DNA from: Microbacteriaceae bacterium
GTDB lineage: Bacteria; Actinomycetota; Actinomycetes; Actinomycetales; Microbacteriaceae
Assembly: GCA_025464995.1 (NCBI GenBank)
Contig: JAODMO010000063.1
Span: 1,712 to 65,711, forward strand
Length of the DNA stretch: 64,000 bases
Reading direction: 5' to 3'
Of the stretch, positions 49,588-61,515 are shown in pieces. Under the pieces are notes generated by a model, which did no database searches, was not told where the DNA came from, and saw only the letters and a program-made list of their open reading frames with translations. The position numbers and the translations under genes are program-made. Each line of letters begins with the position of its first letter. Positions within the stretch are counted from its first letter, which is position 1.

Positions 49588-50706
49588 TCACGCGCGGGCG
49601 AGGCCAGCGATCCGATCGACGGCCGCGTCGACGGCCGCGTCGCTCACGGTGAGCGCGATCCGCACGTGTTCCGGTGCGTTGTCGCCGTAGAAGGTGCCGG
49701 GCACGACGAGCACGCCCACCTCGGCGAAAGCGGCCACGGTCTCCCACGCGTCCTGCCCGCGGGTTGCCCAGAGGTACAGGCCCGCCTCGCTGTGGTCGAT
49801 GCGGAAACCCGCGCCCTCCACCGCGGCGCGGAGGCGATCGCGACGCGACCGGTACAGCTCGCGCTGCGCGTCGACGTGGGCCTCGTCGCCGAGGGCGACG
49901 ATCATCGCGGCCTGCACGGGAGCCGGCGGGATGAGCCCCGCGTGCTTGCGTACGCCGAGCAGCTCGGCAATGAGGGTGCGGCACCCGGCAACGAATCCGG
50001 CGCGGTAGCCCGCGAGGTTCGACTGCTTGCTGAGCGAGTAGACCGAGAGCACCGATGAGCGGTCGTCGCCGATCACCCGGGGGTCGAGGATCGAGGGCGT
50101 CGGGGCGTCCGAACCCCAGTTGAGTTCGGCGTAGCACTCGTCGTTCGCGATGACCGCCCCGAGCTCGCGGGCGCGCTCGACCATGGCACGCAATTGGTCG
50201 ACGCCGAGCACGCGGCCGTCGGGGTTTCCCGGCGAGTTGACCCAGACGAGACGCGTGTTCTCCGGCCAGTCGGCCGGGTCGTCGCTGGAGACGACGGATG
50301 CTCCGGCGAGCGCCGCTCCGATGGCGTACGTGGGGTACGCGACGGTGGGCTGCACGACGACGTCGCCGGCACCCAGGCCGAGCATGAGAGGCAGCCACGC
50401 GATGAGCTCTTTCGACCCGATGGAGGGCAGCACGTTGGCCACGGTGAGGCCGGACACTCCACGGCGACGCCCGTACCACTCGACGATCGCCTCGCGGAGA
50501 GCAGGCGTGCCGGCCACCTGAGGGTAGGAGTGGGCGTCGGTCGCCGCGGTGAGTGCGTCGCGGATGAGCTGCGGGGTCGGGTCCACGGGAGAACCCACCG
50601 AGAGGTCGATGATGCCGAGTGGATGATCCCGCGCACGGTCGCCGTAGGGCACGAGGGCGTCCCAAGGGAAGTCGGGCAGGCGGAGGGGTACCCGAACGGC
50701 CGTCAC
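49588..50706 (-). CDS. dapC: N-succinyl-diaminopimelate aminotransferase
   Basis: DLSVGSPVD, NSPGNP, DECY and SLSKQSNLAGYR; follows fdxA. Confidence 0.92.
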   Translation of the reverse strand: MTAVRVPLRLPDFPWDALVPYGDRARDHPLGIIDLSVGSPVDPTPQLIRDALTAATDAHSYPQVAGTPALREAIVEWYGRRRGVSGLTVANVLPSIGSKELIAWLPLMLGLGAGDVVVQPTVAYPTYAIGAALAGASVVSSDDPADWPENTRLVWVNSPGNPDGRVLGVDQLRAMVERARELGAVIANDECYAELNWGSDAPTPSILDPRVIGDDRSSVLSVYSLSKQSNLAGYRAGFVAGCRTLIAELLGVRKHAGLIPPAPVQAAMIVALGDEAHVDAQRELYRSRRDRLRAAVEGAGFRIDHSEAGLYLWATRGQDAWETVAAFAEVGVLVVPGTFYGDNAPEHVRIALTVSDAAVDAAVDRIAGLARA

Positions 50707-50707
50707 G

Positions 50708-51034
50708 CTATTCGCCGGAACCGTTGAAGGGTTCGGCGAGCACGATCGGGTGGTCCTTGTGGATCACCCCGACCTTCGCCGCGCCGCCGGGGGAACCGAC
50801 CTCGTCGAAGAACTCGACGTTGGCCTTGTAGTAGTCGGCCCACTGCTCGGGCACGTCGTCCTCGTAGTAGATCGCCTCGACAGGGCACACGGGCTCGCAC
50901 GCGCCACAGTCGACGCACTCGTCGGGGTGGATGTACAGCATCCGGTCGCCCTCGTAGATGCAGTCGACGGGGCATTCATCGATGCAGGCGCGGTCTTTGA
51001 TGTCGACACAGGGTTGGGCGATGACGTAGGTCAC
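50708..51034 (-). CDS. fdxA: 7Fe ferredoxin
   Basis: CVD...[10 protein letters not shown] and [13 protein letters not shown] motifs. Confidence 0.96.
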   Translation of the reverse strand: MTYVIAQPCVDIKDRACIDECPVDCIYEGDRMLYIHPDECVDCGACEPVCPVEAIYYEDDVPEQWADYYKANVEFFDEVGSPGGAAKVGVIHKDHPIVLAEPFNGSGE

Positions 51035-51075
51035 TGGGTCGAAGATCCTTTCGCGGCAAAGAGAACGAGATAATC

Positions 51076-52311
51076 CTACCCACGGTCATGCTGGGCGTTC
51101 ACGGCGGGTGACGGGCGTCGGCTCAGATTCGGCCACGCGACGACGACGAGCACGACGACCGCGGGAGCGAAGGTCCAGACGTACCCGGCGGTATTGGCCG
51201 GCACGATCACCGAGCCGCCGAGGGTCGGCGAGGCGAGGAAGGCCGTCACACCCATGATCCCGACGGTGGCGAGTATGGGCAGGAGCCGTCCACTGGTGAC
51301 GATGCGCAGCCCCACGACGAGGCCGACCACCGCTACGAGACCGAGAACCAGCCCCCAGGGCACCGCGATGCCGCCGACCGGGGTCGTCGACTGGTGTACG
51401 GCGGTCATGAGCGCACCGACTATGGCGCCGAAACACAAGGCGATGACCGCGGCGACGCCCTTGGTGCCGAGCGACTGGTCGCGGAACGGCAGAGGCTCCT
51501 CGTCGCGCGCCACCGGGACGCGGCGGTACGTCTCGACGAGGTCGATCGGATGCACCGAGCCGTTCGACAGCGCAAAGGAGTCGCCGTCGATCGTGAGCTG
51601 GCTGCGATGGGCGGCGAGAGCGGCACGCTTGCGCTGCGCGACGGCCGACACGTCGATGGCGATCGGCCCCGCCGCATCCGGCACTATCTCGAAGAAGGGC
51701 ACACCCATGACCTCGGCGGCCCGCCGGGATGCCTCCCGGGCCCGCACATGGTCGGGGTGGCCATAGCCGCCCCGGGCGTCGTAGCTCACGACCGCCGTCG
51801 GCTTGACATGCGCGATCACCGCGGCCACGTCGGCGGCGACGTTGCTGAGCCCGGCCGCCGAGAGCGACTCTGCGCCCAGGCTGGCGACGGCCTCCGCTCC
51901 CGAGTCGCCCCAGCGCATGCCGGAGTCGAGGTAGCGGCGTGGCGACAGGTCGACCCAGCGTGCGTCGTCGTCTCCGAGGTAGCGCTGATCGGTGACGCCG
52001 AGCGCCGCCATCGCCGCCGCGAGCTCGGTCTGCCGGTAGGCGCCGAGCGCCTCGGGCGACTGGAGCAGGTGCTGCAGGTCGGCGGGGATCACCTCTCCGA
52101 GCTCTCCGCGCGTGCAGGTGAGCACCGTGACGTGGACGCCGGAGTCGACGAGGGTCGCGATCGTTCCGCCGGTCGTGATGCTCTCATCGTCGGGGTGCGC
52201 ATGCACGAAGAGCACCCGCTCCGCGGCATCCGCGCCGTCCGCCGTCGCTGCCGCCGGACCTGTCGGATCCGTCGGATCTGTCGGATCTGTCGCTTGTGTG
52301 GTGAATGGCAT
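51076..52311 (-). CDS. mshB: PIG-L/MshB-like deacetylase fused to a C-terminal 4-TM domain
   Basis: [27 protein letters not shown] and AHRSQ; hydrophobic C-terminal ~125 aa; next to fdxA-dapC. Confidence 0.75.
   Translation of the reverse strand: MPFTTQATDPTDPTDPTGPAAATADGADAAERVLFVHAHPDDESITTGGTIATLVDSGVHVTVLTCTRGELGEVIPADLQHLLQSPEALGAYRQTELAAAMAALGVTDQRYLGDDDARWVDLSPRRYLDSGMRWGDSGAEAVASLGAESLSAAGLSNVAADVAAVIAHVKPTAVVSYDARGGYGHPDHVRAREASRRAAEVMGVPFFEIVPDAAGPIAIDVSAVAQRKRAALAAHRSQLTIDGDSFALSNGSVHPIDLVETYRRVPVARDEEPLPFRDQSLGTKGVAAVIALCFGAIVGALMTAVHQSTTPVGGIAVPWGLVLGLVAVVGLVVGLRIVTSGRLLPILATVGIMGVTAFLASPTLGGSVIVPANTAGYVWTFAPAVVVLVVVAWPNLSRRPSPAVNAQHDRG
52255..52290. repeat. 9-bp tandem repeat, 4 units, in the mshB 5' end (encodes TDP repeats)
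   Basis: CGGACCTGT CGGATCCGT CGGATCTGT CGGATCTGT. Confidence 0.85.
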
Positions 52312-52351
52312 TACTGGACAGCTTAGACAAACGACATTAGGGTGGAGGGGC

Positions 52352-52370
52352 TTAGGTAAGCCTTACCAAC
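52352..52370. promoter_or_regulatory. IdeR/DtxR iron box upstream of efeU
   Basis: TTAGGTAAGCCTTACCAAC matches TWAGGTWAGSCTWACCTWA at 17 of 19 positions, just downstream of a TAGGGT -10. Confidence 0.85.
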
Positions 52371-52397
52371 TCCCCGCATATCTTCCGGAAAAGACCC

Positions 52398-53255
52398 GTG
52401 CTCGCAAATTTTCTGATCGGCCTCCGTGAGGGCCTCGAGGCAGCGCTCGTCGTGGGCATCCTGATCGCGTACGTGGTCAAGATCGGCAGGCGCGACGTTC
52501 TGCCCCGAATCTGGCTCGGCGTCGGGCTCGCAACGCTGCTGGCACTCGGCATCGGCTGCGTGCTCACCTTCGGCGCCTATGGCCTGTCGTTCGAGGCGAA
52601 GGAGCTCATCGGCGGCCTGCTCTCCATCGTCGCGGCCGGTTTCGTCACCTGGATGATCTTCTGGATGCTGCGCACCGCCCGTGGGCTGTCGCGCGAGTTG
52701 CGCACCGAGGTCGACAATCACCTCACCGGTGCCGGCTGGGGACTCGTGCTCGTCGCGTTTCTCGCGGTCGGCCGTGAGGGCATCGAGACCGCCCTCTTCA
52801 TCTGGGCGGCCGTGAAGGCCACCGGCACGACGGCGCTCCCGCTCGCGGGCGCCGGCATCGGCATCGCCGTGGCGATCGTGCTCGGCTACCTCATCTACCG
52901 TGGCGCGATCTCGATCGACCTCACCAAGTTCTTCACCTACTCGGGTGCGTTCCTCATCATCGTCGCGGGCGGCATCGTCGCCTACGGCGTGCACGACCTC
53001 CAGGAGGCCGGATTCCTCCCCGGGCTGCAGACGCTGTTGTTCGACGTGAGCGCAGCCATCCCGCCCGACTCCTGGTACGGCACGCTACTCAAGGGCGTCT
53101 TCAACTTCTCACCGGCCACGACGGTGCTCGAGGGCCTCGCGTGGATCGCCTATGTCGCGACCGTGCTCACGGTCTTCGTGCGCACCGTGCGCGGCCAGCG
53201 TGATTCCCGATCGGTGTCGCCGACATCCCCCGCAACAGCAACAGGAGTTCTATGA
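52398..53255 (+). CDS. efeU: FTR1-family iron permease
   Basis: Two RExxE motifs (REGLE, REGIE). Confidence 0.94.
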   Translation: MLANFLIGLREGLEAALVVGILIAYVVKIGRRDVLPRIWLGVGLATLLALGIGCVLTFGAYGLSFEAKELIGGLLSIVAAGFVTWMIFWMLRTARGLSRELRTEVDNHLTGAGWGLVLVAFLAVGREGIETALFIWAAVKATGTTALPLAGAGIGIAVAIVLGYLIYRGAISIDLTKFFTYSGAFLIIVAGGIVAYGVHDLQEAGFLPGLQTLLFDVSAAIPPDSWYGTLLKGVFNFSPATTVLEGLAWIAYVATVLTVFVRTVRGQRDSRSVSPTSPATATGVL

Positions 53256-54430
53256 CCACGCGCCGCACGCGCATCACGGCGGCACTGGGCACGGGCGTCA
53301 TCGCCGCGCTCGCACTCGCCGGATGCGTGCCCAACAACGTCGAACCCGCCGCCGGATCCGCCGCACTCGCGGTCGACAGCAGTTCGACCGACTGCGCCGT
53401 CTCCGACACGACCGCACCGAGCGGCAACGTCGTCTTCACCGTGAAGAACTCGGGCGACCAGGTGACGGAGTTCTACCTGCTCGCCGACGACGGGCTCCGC
53501 ATCGTCGGCGAGGTCGAAAACATCGGCCCGGGCATCGAGCGCGACCTCGTCGTGCGCGCCAAGCCCGGCGACTACTACACGATCTGCAAGCCAGGGATGA
53601 TCGGTGCCGGAGTCGGCAAGACCGCCTTCACCGTGACCGACTCGGGAGCAGACGTCGAGCTCGACGGCGACCTCGCCGCCCAGGTCGACGCCGCGAACGC
53701 CAACTACAAGTCGTACGTCAAAGACCAGGTCGAGAACCTCGTCACGGGCACCGAGGCCTTCGCCGACGCCTACTCCTCCGGCGACGACGACCTCGCCCGC
53801 TCGCTGTACGCCCCCACGCGCGTCTACTGGGAGCGGATCGAGACGGTCGCCGAGTCGTTCGGCGACCTCGACCCGAGCATGGACGCCCGCGAGGCCGACC
53901 TCGAGGAAGGCCAGGACTGGACCGGATGGCACGCCATCGAGAAGGACCTCTGGCCGGCTGACGCGGAGGCCGGTTTCACCGCCTATCCGCAGGAGAAGCG
54001 CGACTCGCTCGCCGAGCGACTCGTCGCCGACACCTACACCCTCTATGCCGACGTGCAGGGCCTCGAGTTCACGCTCGACCAGCAGGCCAACGGTGCCATC
54101 GGGCTGCTCGACGAAGTCGCGACCGGGAAGGTCACCGGCGAGGAGGAGTTCTGGTCGCACACCGACCTCTGGGACTTCCAGGGCAACATCGACGGCGCGA
54201 CCGTGCTCTACACGGGCATCCGCGACATCCTCGTCGAGAAGGATGCCGACCTCGCCAGCAAGCTCGACGAGGAGTTCGACCAGCTCCAGGCGCTGCTCGA
54301 CGCGCAGCGCGTCGGCGACGGATTCGCGCTCTACACCGAACTCTCGCCCGAGGAGATCCGTGCCTTCTCCGACCAGGTCAACGCGCTCGCGGAGCCGCTC
54401 TCGGAGCTGACCGGCGTGCTGGTCCTCTAG
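53252..54430 (+). CDS. efeO: Iron uptake lipoprotein (cupredoxin plus imelysin/M75 domain)
   Basis: Lipobox LAGC; WTGWHAIE and [12 protein letters not shown] motifs. Confidence 0.94.
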   Translation: MTTRRTRITAALGTGVIAALALAGCVPNNVEPAAGSAALAVDSSSTDCAVSDTTAPSGNVVFTVKNSGDQVTEFYLLADDGLRIVGEVENIGPGIERDLVVRAKPGDYYTICKPGMIGAGVGKTAFTVTDSGADVELDGDLAAQVDAANANYKSYVKDQVENLVTGTEAFADAYSSGDDDLARSLYAPTRVYWERIETVAESFGDLDPSMDAREADLEEGQDWTGWHAIEKDLWPADAEAGFTAYPQEKRDSLAERLVADTYTLYADVQGLEFTLDQQANGAIGLLDEVATGKVTGEEEFWSHTDLWDFQGNIDGATVLYTGIRDILVEKDADLASKLDEEFDQLQALLDAQRVGDGFALYTELSPEEIRAFSDQVNALAEPLSELTGVLVL

Positions 54431-54441
54431 GAGCAAACTCG

Positions 54442-55701
54442 ATGAACGACTCCACCGCGGCTGAACGGCCCGGACTGTCCCGAAGGGGGCTGCTCGGGCT
54501 CGTCGGCGTGGGCGTCGCCGGCAGCGCGATCGGCTTCGGCGTCGACCGCGTGCTCACCCCGGAGGCCGCCTCCGCGTCGGGAGCCGCGGCGCTGTATCCC
54601 TTCTTCGGCGAGCACCAGGCGGGAATCGTGACACCGGCGCAGGACCGGCTGCACTTCGCCGCCTTCGATGTGAGCGACATCTCCCGCGAGGAGCTCGCGG
54701 AGCTGCTCTCCGACTGGACCTACGCGGCAGACCGGATGACCTCCGGGCTCGGCGCCGGCGAGTTCGGGGCGACGAGCGGGCCCTACGACTCACCGCCCGA
54801 CGACACCGGCGAGGCGCTCGACCTGCCGCCCGCGGGCCTCACCATCACCTTCGGCTTCGGCCCGTCCCTCTTCGACGACCGCTTCGGGCTCGCGTCGAAG
54901 CGGCCCGACGCCCTCATCGACCTCCCGCATTTCCCCGGCGACGCGCTCGTCGACACGCTCGTCGGCGGTGACCTCTGCATCCAGGCGTGCAGCGACGACC
55001 CGCAGGTCGCGGTGCACGCCATCCGCAATCTCTCCCGCATCGCCTTCGGGCGCGCCACCCTCCGCTGGTCGCAGCTCGGCTTCGGGCGCACCTCGTCGAC
55101 GACTCGCGCGCAGGCGACGCCGCGCAACCTCTTCGGTTTCAAAGACGGCACGGCCAACCTACGAGCCGAAGACACCGCGGCGGTCGAGCACGACGTCTGG
55201 GTCGGGCAGGATGGCGGCTGGATGGCGGGCGGCTCGTACCTCGTGTCGCGCAAGATCCGCATGATGGTCGAGACGTGGGACCGCGCCTCGCTGCGCGAGC
55301 AGGAGCGCGTCGTCGGACGCACCAAGGGCGAGGGCGCGCCCCTCAGCGGCGGCACCGAATTCACGAAACCCGATTTCGCGCTCAAGGGCCGCGGTGAGAA
55401 GCCGCTCATCGACGAGGCATCTCACGTTCGCCTCTCCCACCCCTCGTCGAACAACGGGGCAGCGATGCTACGCCGCGGCTACAACTTCGTCGACGGCAAC
55501 GACGACCTCGGCCGACTCAACGCCGGCCTGTTCTTCATCTGCTTCCAGAGCGACCCGCGCGAGCAATTCGTGCCCATCCAGCTACGGCTGGCGAAGCACG
55601 ACGCCATGGGCGAGTATCTTCGCCACGTCGGGTCGGGCATATTCGCCGTGCCTCCCGGAGCGCGCAAGGGCCGGTCGATCGGCGCGGGCCTTTTCGCCTG
55701 A
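54442..55701 (+). CDS. efeB: Tat-exported DyP-type peroxidase/deferrochelatase
   Basis: SRRGLL Tat motif; GFKDGTAN, SHVRL and LRRGYN. Confidence 0.94.
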   Translation: MNDSTAAERPGLSRRGLLGLVGVGVAGSAIGFGVDRVLTPEAASASGAAALYPFFGEHQAGIVTPAQDRLHFAAFDVSDISREELAELLSDWTYAADRMTSGLGAGEFGATSGPYDSPPDDTGEALDLPPAGLTITFGFGPSLFDDRFGLASKRPDALIDLPHFPGDALVDTLVGGDLCIQACSDDPQVAVHAIRNLSRIAFGRATLRWSQLGFGRTSSTTRAQATPRNLFGFKDGTANLRAEDTAAVEHDVWVGQDGGWMAGGSYLVSRKIRMMVETWDRASLREQERVVGRTKGEGAPLSGGTEFTKPDFALKGRGEKPLIDEASHVRLSHPSSNNGAAMLRRGYNFVDGNDDLGRLNAGLFFICFQSDPREQFVPIQLRLAKHDAMGEYLRHVGSGIFAVPPGARKGRSIGAGLFA

Positions 55702-55880
55702 CTGTCGCCCGCCGGTCGAGCGGGCCGTCGAGGGGCCGTATCGGAAGCCGTCGCTGGGCGGCGAATGGTCGCTGAGTGCGCCTCCGGGGCCGCGCGGACC
55801 GCCGCACCTAGCCGCAACTGCCCGCAACGCCACGCATCCGGGTATCGACAGGGTCGCTGGGCGACTTGCTCAACCAGCCG

Positions 55881-56372
55881 TCACGCGATCGTCACGATGT
55901 AGGTCGCGGTCGCGATGCCGCCGGAATCCGCCGCGACGGTGAGCGCAACCGTGTACGGCGCGAGTGCGAACGAGCCGAAGCCGCTGTCGGCGTCGGCATT
56001 GACGGCGCTCGAGGCAAAACCGGCGGCCTCGAGGGCGGCCTGGGCGGTCGCGAACGACTCGCCCGCGGCGAGCCTGGTCCGCACGACCCATCCGCTCGCG
56101 TCCGGCCCGGCACCACCACCCTGGACGGTGCCCACGAGCGGCACGGCCGCGGCGGGGAATCCCGGAGGAAGCTCCCCGTCCGTGCTGATGCCGGCGCCGC
56201 CGAGTGCGTCGCTCACGGCGTCACCGAGCGCGTCCGCCGCCTGGGACTTCGCCTCATCGACGACTCCTCCGACGATGTTCTCGGCGGCGCTGCATCCGAC
56301 GAGCACCGGTGAGACGGCGAGGAGGAGCGCCAGTGCGAGCGGACGGGCGGAGCGGAGTGGGGATGTCGACAT
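55881..56372 (-). CDS. Hypothetical lipoprotein
   Basis: Lipobox LVGC; LPPGFP motif; TAAGCT 7 nt before the ATG. Confidence 0.8.
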   Translation of the reverse strand: MSTSPLRSARPLALALLLAVSPVLVGCSAAENIVGGVVDEAKSQAADALGDAVSDALGGAGISTDGELPPGFPAAAVPLVGTVQGGGAGPDASGWVVRTRLAAGESFATAQAALEAAGFASSAVNADADSGFGSFALAPYTVALTVAADSGGIATATYIVTIA

Positions 56373-56398
56373 GGCGCCGAGCTTATCCGGACAAACGC

Positions 56399-56434
56399 AA
56401 AGCCCCCTCCAAGACGGATCTCGAAGGGGGCTTT
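56399..56434 (-). terminator. typA terminator
   Basis: AAAGCCCCCT...AGGGGGCTTT inverted repeat. Confidence 0.75.
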
Positions 56435-56451
56435 CGCGTGCTGCGTGAGCG

Positions 56452-58371
<1,920 letters not shown>

Positions 58372-58583
58372 AGGTGTTTTCCTTGACTGCTTCTAGCGGT
58401 GACGGGCGCGCGCGTTGCGCTTTCGCGGCATGGGCACGACCACGCACAAACGCGGGAGTGGTTTGTGGGGATCTCAGGATCACGTCGATGGTGCCCTGCA
58501 CATAACAGTGTAACGGCTTAAGATGCGGTGTTCGCTGAGGGCAGACGGATGCGTCGGCCGACGGGCCGCTACGCCCCCGCTTC

Positions 58584-58787
58584 TCAGGCCTTCGGCGAGT
58601 CGCGTTCCGCGACCTTGCGGTCGATGCGGGCGAGGCGCCGCTCCTCGCGCGAGTGGGCCGGTTGTCGTCGCGCGCCCGTCGGCGCGGGCGCGATCGGCGC
58701 CGCCCCGTCGAGCCGGAGTGTGAGGTCGGGCGGCAGGGGCGGGGTGACGGGCTTCCGCTCGTCGCCCCGCCCCTGCTGCCGGAACAT
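58584..58787 (-). CDS. Possible 67-aa basic, Pro-rich hypothetical protein
   Basis: TGATG coupling to the ABC ATPase stop; fills the intergenic gap. Confidence 0.4.
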   Translation of the reverse strand: MFRQQGRGDERKPVTPPLPPDLTLRLDGAAPIAPAPTGARRQPAHSREERRLARIDRKVAERDSPKA

Positions 58788-60541
58788 CAGATGCCGAGCG
58801 CCAGGTCGGCGCCGGGGATGGCGGCGAGGAGGTCGCGTGTGTACTGCTCACGGGGATTGTCGAACACCTCGTCGACCGAGGCGGCCTCGACGATGCGGCC
58901 GGCCTGCATGACGCAGACGTTGTCGGCGATCACCCGCACGACGGCGAGGTCGTGAGTGATGAACAGGTAGGTGAGCCCGAGCTCCGCCTGCAGATCGGCG
59001 AGCAGCTTGAGCACCTGCGCCTGCACGAGCACGTCGAGAGCGGATACCGCCTCGTCGAGCACGACGATCTCCGGCTTGAGCGCGAGCGCACGGGCGATGG
59101 CGACGCGCTGGCGCTGTCCTCCCGAGAGCTCGTTCGGGTACCGCGTCGCGAGGCTCTGCGGCAACGCAACCTGGTCGAGCAGCTCGAGCACGCGCGCCGT
59201 GCGGGCGGCCTTCGTGCCGACGTGGTGCACGTGCAGCGGCTCGGCGATCGTCGCTCCGATGTTGCGCAGCGGGTCGAGCGAGCCGTACGGGTCTTGGAAG
59301 ACGGGCTGCATCTTGCGACGGTATCCGAGCAGCTCGCGACCCTTGAGAGTCGTGATGTCGGTTCCGTCGACGCTGATCTTCCCGGTCGTCGCATCCTCGA
59401 GTTTGAGCAGGAGCTTGGCGACGGTCGACTTGCCCGACCCGGACTCCCCCACGAGTGCCATGGTCGTGCCGCGCGGGATGCTGAACGAGACGTCGTCGAC
59501 GGCCTTGAACTCGCGCGCGGTCAGCCTGTCGCCGCGGATCTTGAAGATCTTCGTCAGGTTCTCCACCACAATGACGGGCGCGTCGTGCGCGGCGTGGGTC
59601 CCCGCCTCGGCTCGAACCCCCGCTGCCTCTATGAGGTCGAACCCCTCCGCGCTCTTCGGCACGGTGCGGTCGAACTCCGCGAGCGGCAGGTCTGCCGATT
59701 GGATGCGGCGCGAGGCGAGGCTCGGCGCCGCGGCCACGAGACGCTGCGTGTAGGGGTGGAGCGGGTTCTCGAGCAGCTCCCGCGACGGCCCCGACTCGAC
59801 GATCTTGCCCTTGTACATCACCACAAGCTGCTCCGCGCGCTCGGCCGCGAGGCCGAGGTCGTGCGTGATGAACAGCACCGCGGTGCCGAGGTCGCGCGTG
59901 AGAGTGGCGAGGTGGTCGAGGATGACCCTCTGCACCGTGACGTCGAGGGCGGATGTCGGCTCGTCGGCGATGAGCAGCCGCGGGTTCGCGGCAAGGCCCA
60001 TGCCGATCAGCACTCGCTGGCGCATTCCGCCGGAGAACTGGTGCGGGAACTGGCGGAGGCGTCGGTCGGCGTCGCCCAGTCCCGCCTGCTGCAGCACCTC
60101 GATCGCGCGACGCTTGACGTCCTTGCGGTTCGAGGCGATGCCGTTGGCCCGGATGGCCTCCTCCACCTGGAACCCGATGCTCCACACGGGGTTGAGGTTG
60201 GCCATCGGGTCTTGCGGCACGAAGCCGATCTGCTTGCCGCGCACGTCCTCGAGCTGCTTTGAGGTGAGCTTGGTCATGTCGCGGCCCTCGAAGAGCACCT
60301 CGCCGCCCGTGATGACGCCGGAGCCGGGGAGCAGGTTGATGATCGCGTGCGCGGTCGTCGACTTGCCGGATCCGGATTCTCCGACGATGGCGACGGTCTG
60401 GCCGGGCATGATCGTCAGGTCGATGCCGTTGACCGCAGGCACGATTCCGCGCTGGTTGCGGAATCCGACCTGGAGGTTCTTGATCTCGAGCAGGGGGGAG
60501 ACGCCAGACGGCGTTCTCGCGGTCTGGTCCAGTGCGTTCAA
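58787..60541 (-). CDS. Peptide ABC transporter ATPase (fused DppD/F-type)
   Basis: Two GESGSGKS Walker A motifs; FSGGMRQR and LSGGQRQR; ITHDL. Confidence 0.95.
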   Translation of the reverse strand: MNALDQTARTPSGVSPLLEIKNLQVGFRNQRGIVPAVNGIDLTIMPGQTVAIVGESGSGKSTTAHAIINLLPGSGVITGGEVLFEGRDMTKLTSKQLEDVRGKQIGFVPQDPMANLNPVWSIGFQVEEAIRANGIASNRKDVKRRAIEVLQQAGLGDADRRLRQFPHQFSGGMRQRVLIGMGLAANPRLLIADEPTSALDVTVQRVILDHLATLTRDLGTAVLFITHDLGLAAERAEQLVVMYKGKIVESGPSRELLENPLHPYTQRLVAAAPSLASRRIQSADLPLAEFDRTVPKSAEGFDLIEAAGVRAEAGTHAAHDAPVIVVENLTKIFKIRGDRLTAREFKAVDDVSFSIPRGTTMALVGESGSGKSTVAKLLLKLEDATTGKISVDGTDITTLKGRELLGYRRKMQPVFQDPYGSLDPLRNIGATIAEPLHVHHVGTKAARTARVLELLDQVALPQSLATRYPNELSGGQRQRVAIARALALKPEIVVLDEAVSALDVLVQAQVLKLLADLQAELGLTYLFITHDLAVVRVIADNVCVMQAGRIVEAASVDEVFDNPREQYTRDLLAAIPGADLALGI

Positions 60542-61515
60542 CGCAGTGCCCTCGCCTTCGGGTCGAGTGCGTCTCGCACGAGCTCGCTCAACATGATGAA
60601 GGCGAACACCGTGATCGACAGGGCGAGGGACGGGTAGATCAGGGTCTGCGGTGCGACGCGCAGATCTTTCTGGGCCTGGCCGATGTCGTTACCCCACGAC
60701 ATCACCGAGCCACCGAGACCGACGCCGAGGAACGACAGCGATGCCTCGGCGACGATGGCCGCCGCGAGCGAGACCGCCGTGATGACGATGACCGGCGCGA
60801 TCGAGTTCGGCAGAACGTGCTTCAGGAGGATCTTGAACCGCGAGACGCCGAGGGCCGTCGAGGCCATGACGAAGTCGTTGTTCTTCACGCGCAGGATCTC
60901 CGAGCGCAGCACGCGGGCCGTGGACGGCCACGCGAAGAGCCCGATCGCGAGCGAGATCGTCCACACGTTGCGGTATTGCGAGAGCACCGACATGATGACG
61001 ACGGCCGCGAGGATGTAGGGAATCGAGAAGAAGATGTCGCCGATGCGTGAGAGCACGGAGTCGACCCATCCGCCGTAGAAACCGGCGAAGGCGCCGAAGA
61101 GGAGGCCCAGCACCGTGGTCAGCACGATCACGATGAAGCCGACCGACACCGAGGTCGACGTGCCGTTGATTATGCGCGAGTAGATGTCACAGCCCTGCTT
61201 GGTGAACCCGAGCGGGTGACCGGCCACCGGGCCCGCGTTGCTGACCGACAACTGGCAGTTGTCCGTCGGCGAGACCGACGTGAACAGAAAGGGGAAGAGG
61301 GCGACGAGCGCGACCAGCACGATGAGGAACGACGAGATCCAGAAGAGCGGTCGCCGACGGAGGTCGCGCCACGCGTCGATCCAGAGGTTGCTCGTCTGCT
61401 CGGCGACCTTGACGGTGTCGACACCGACGAGAGGGGTCTCCTCGAGCGGCGCGACGTAGTGATTGGCCGAACGCGCGGGGGTGACCGCGCCGTCCGGACT
61501 GACGTTATTTGACAT
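60538..61515 (-). CDS. Peptide ABC transporter permease (DppC-type)
   Basis: HPLG, EAA-like loop, HVLPN and EASLSFLG. Confidence 0.94.
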   Translation of the reverse strand: MSNNVSPDGAVTPARSANHYVAPLEETPLVGVDTVKVAEQTSNLWIDAWRDLRRRPLFWISSFLIVLVALVALFPFLFTSVSPTDNCQLSVSNAGPVAGHPLGFTKQGCDIYSRIINGTSTSVSVGFIVIVLTTVLGLLFGAFAGFYGGWVDSVLSRIGDIFFSIPYILAAVVIMSVLSQYRNVWTISLAIGLFAWPSTARVLRSEILRVKNNDFVMASTALGVSRFKILLKHVLPNSIAPVIVITAVSLAAAIVAEASLSFLGVGLGGSVMSWGNDIGQAQKDLRVAPQTLIYPSLALSITVFAFIMLSELVRDALDPKARALR

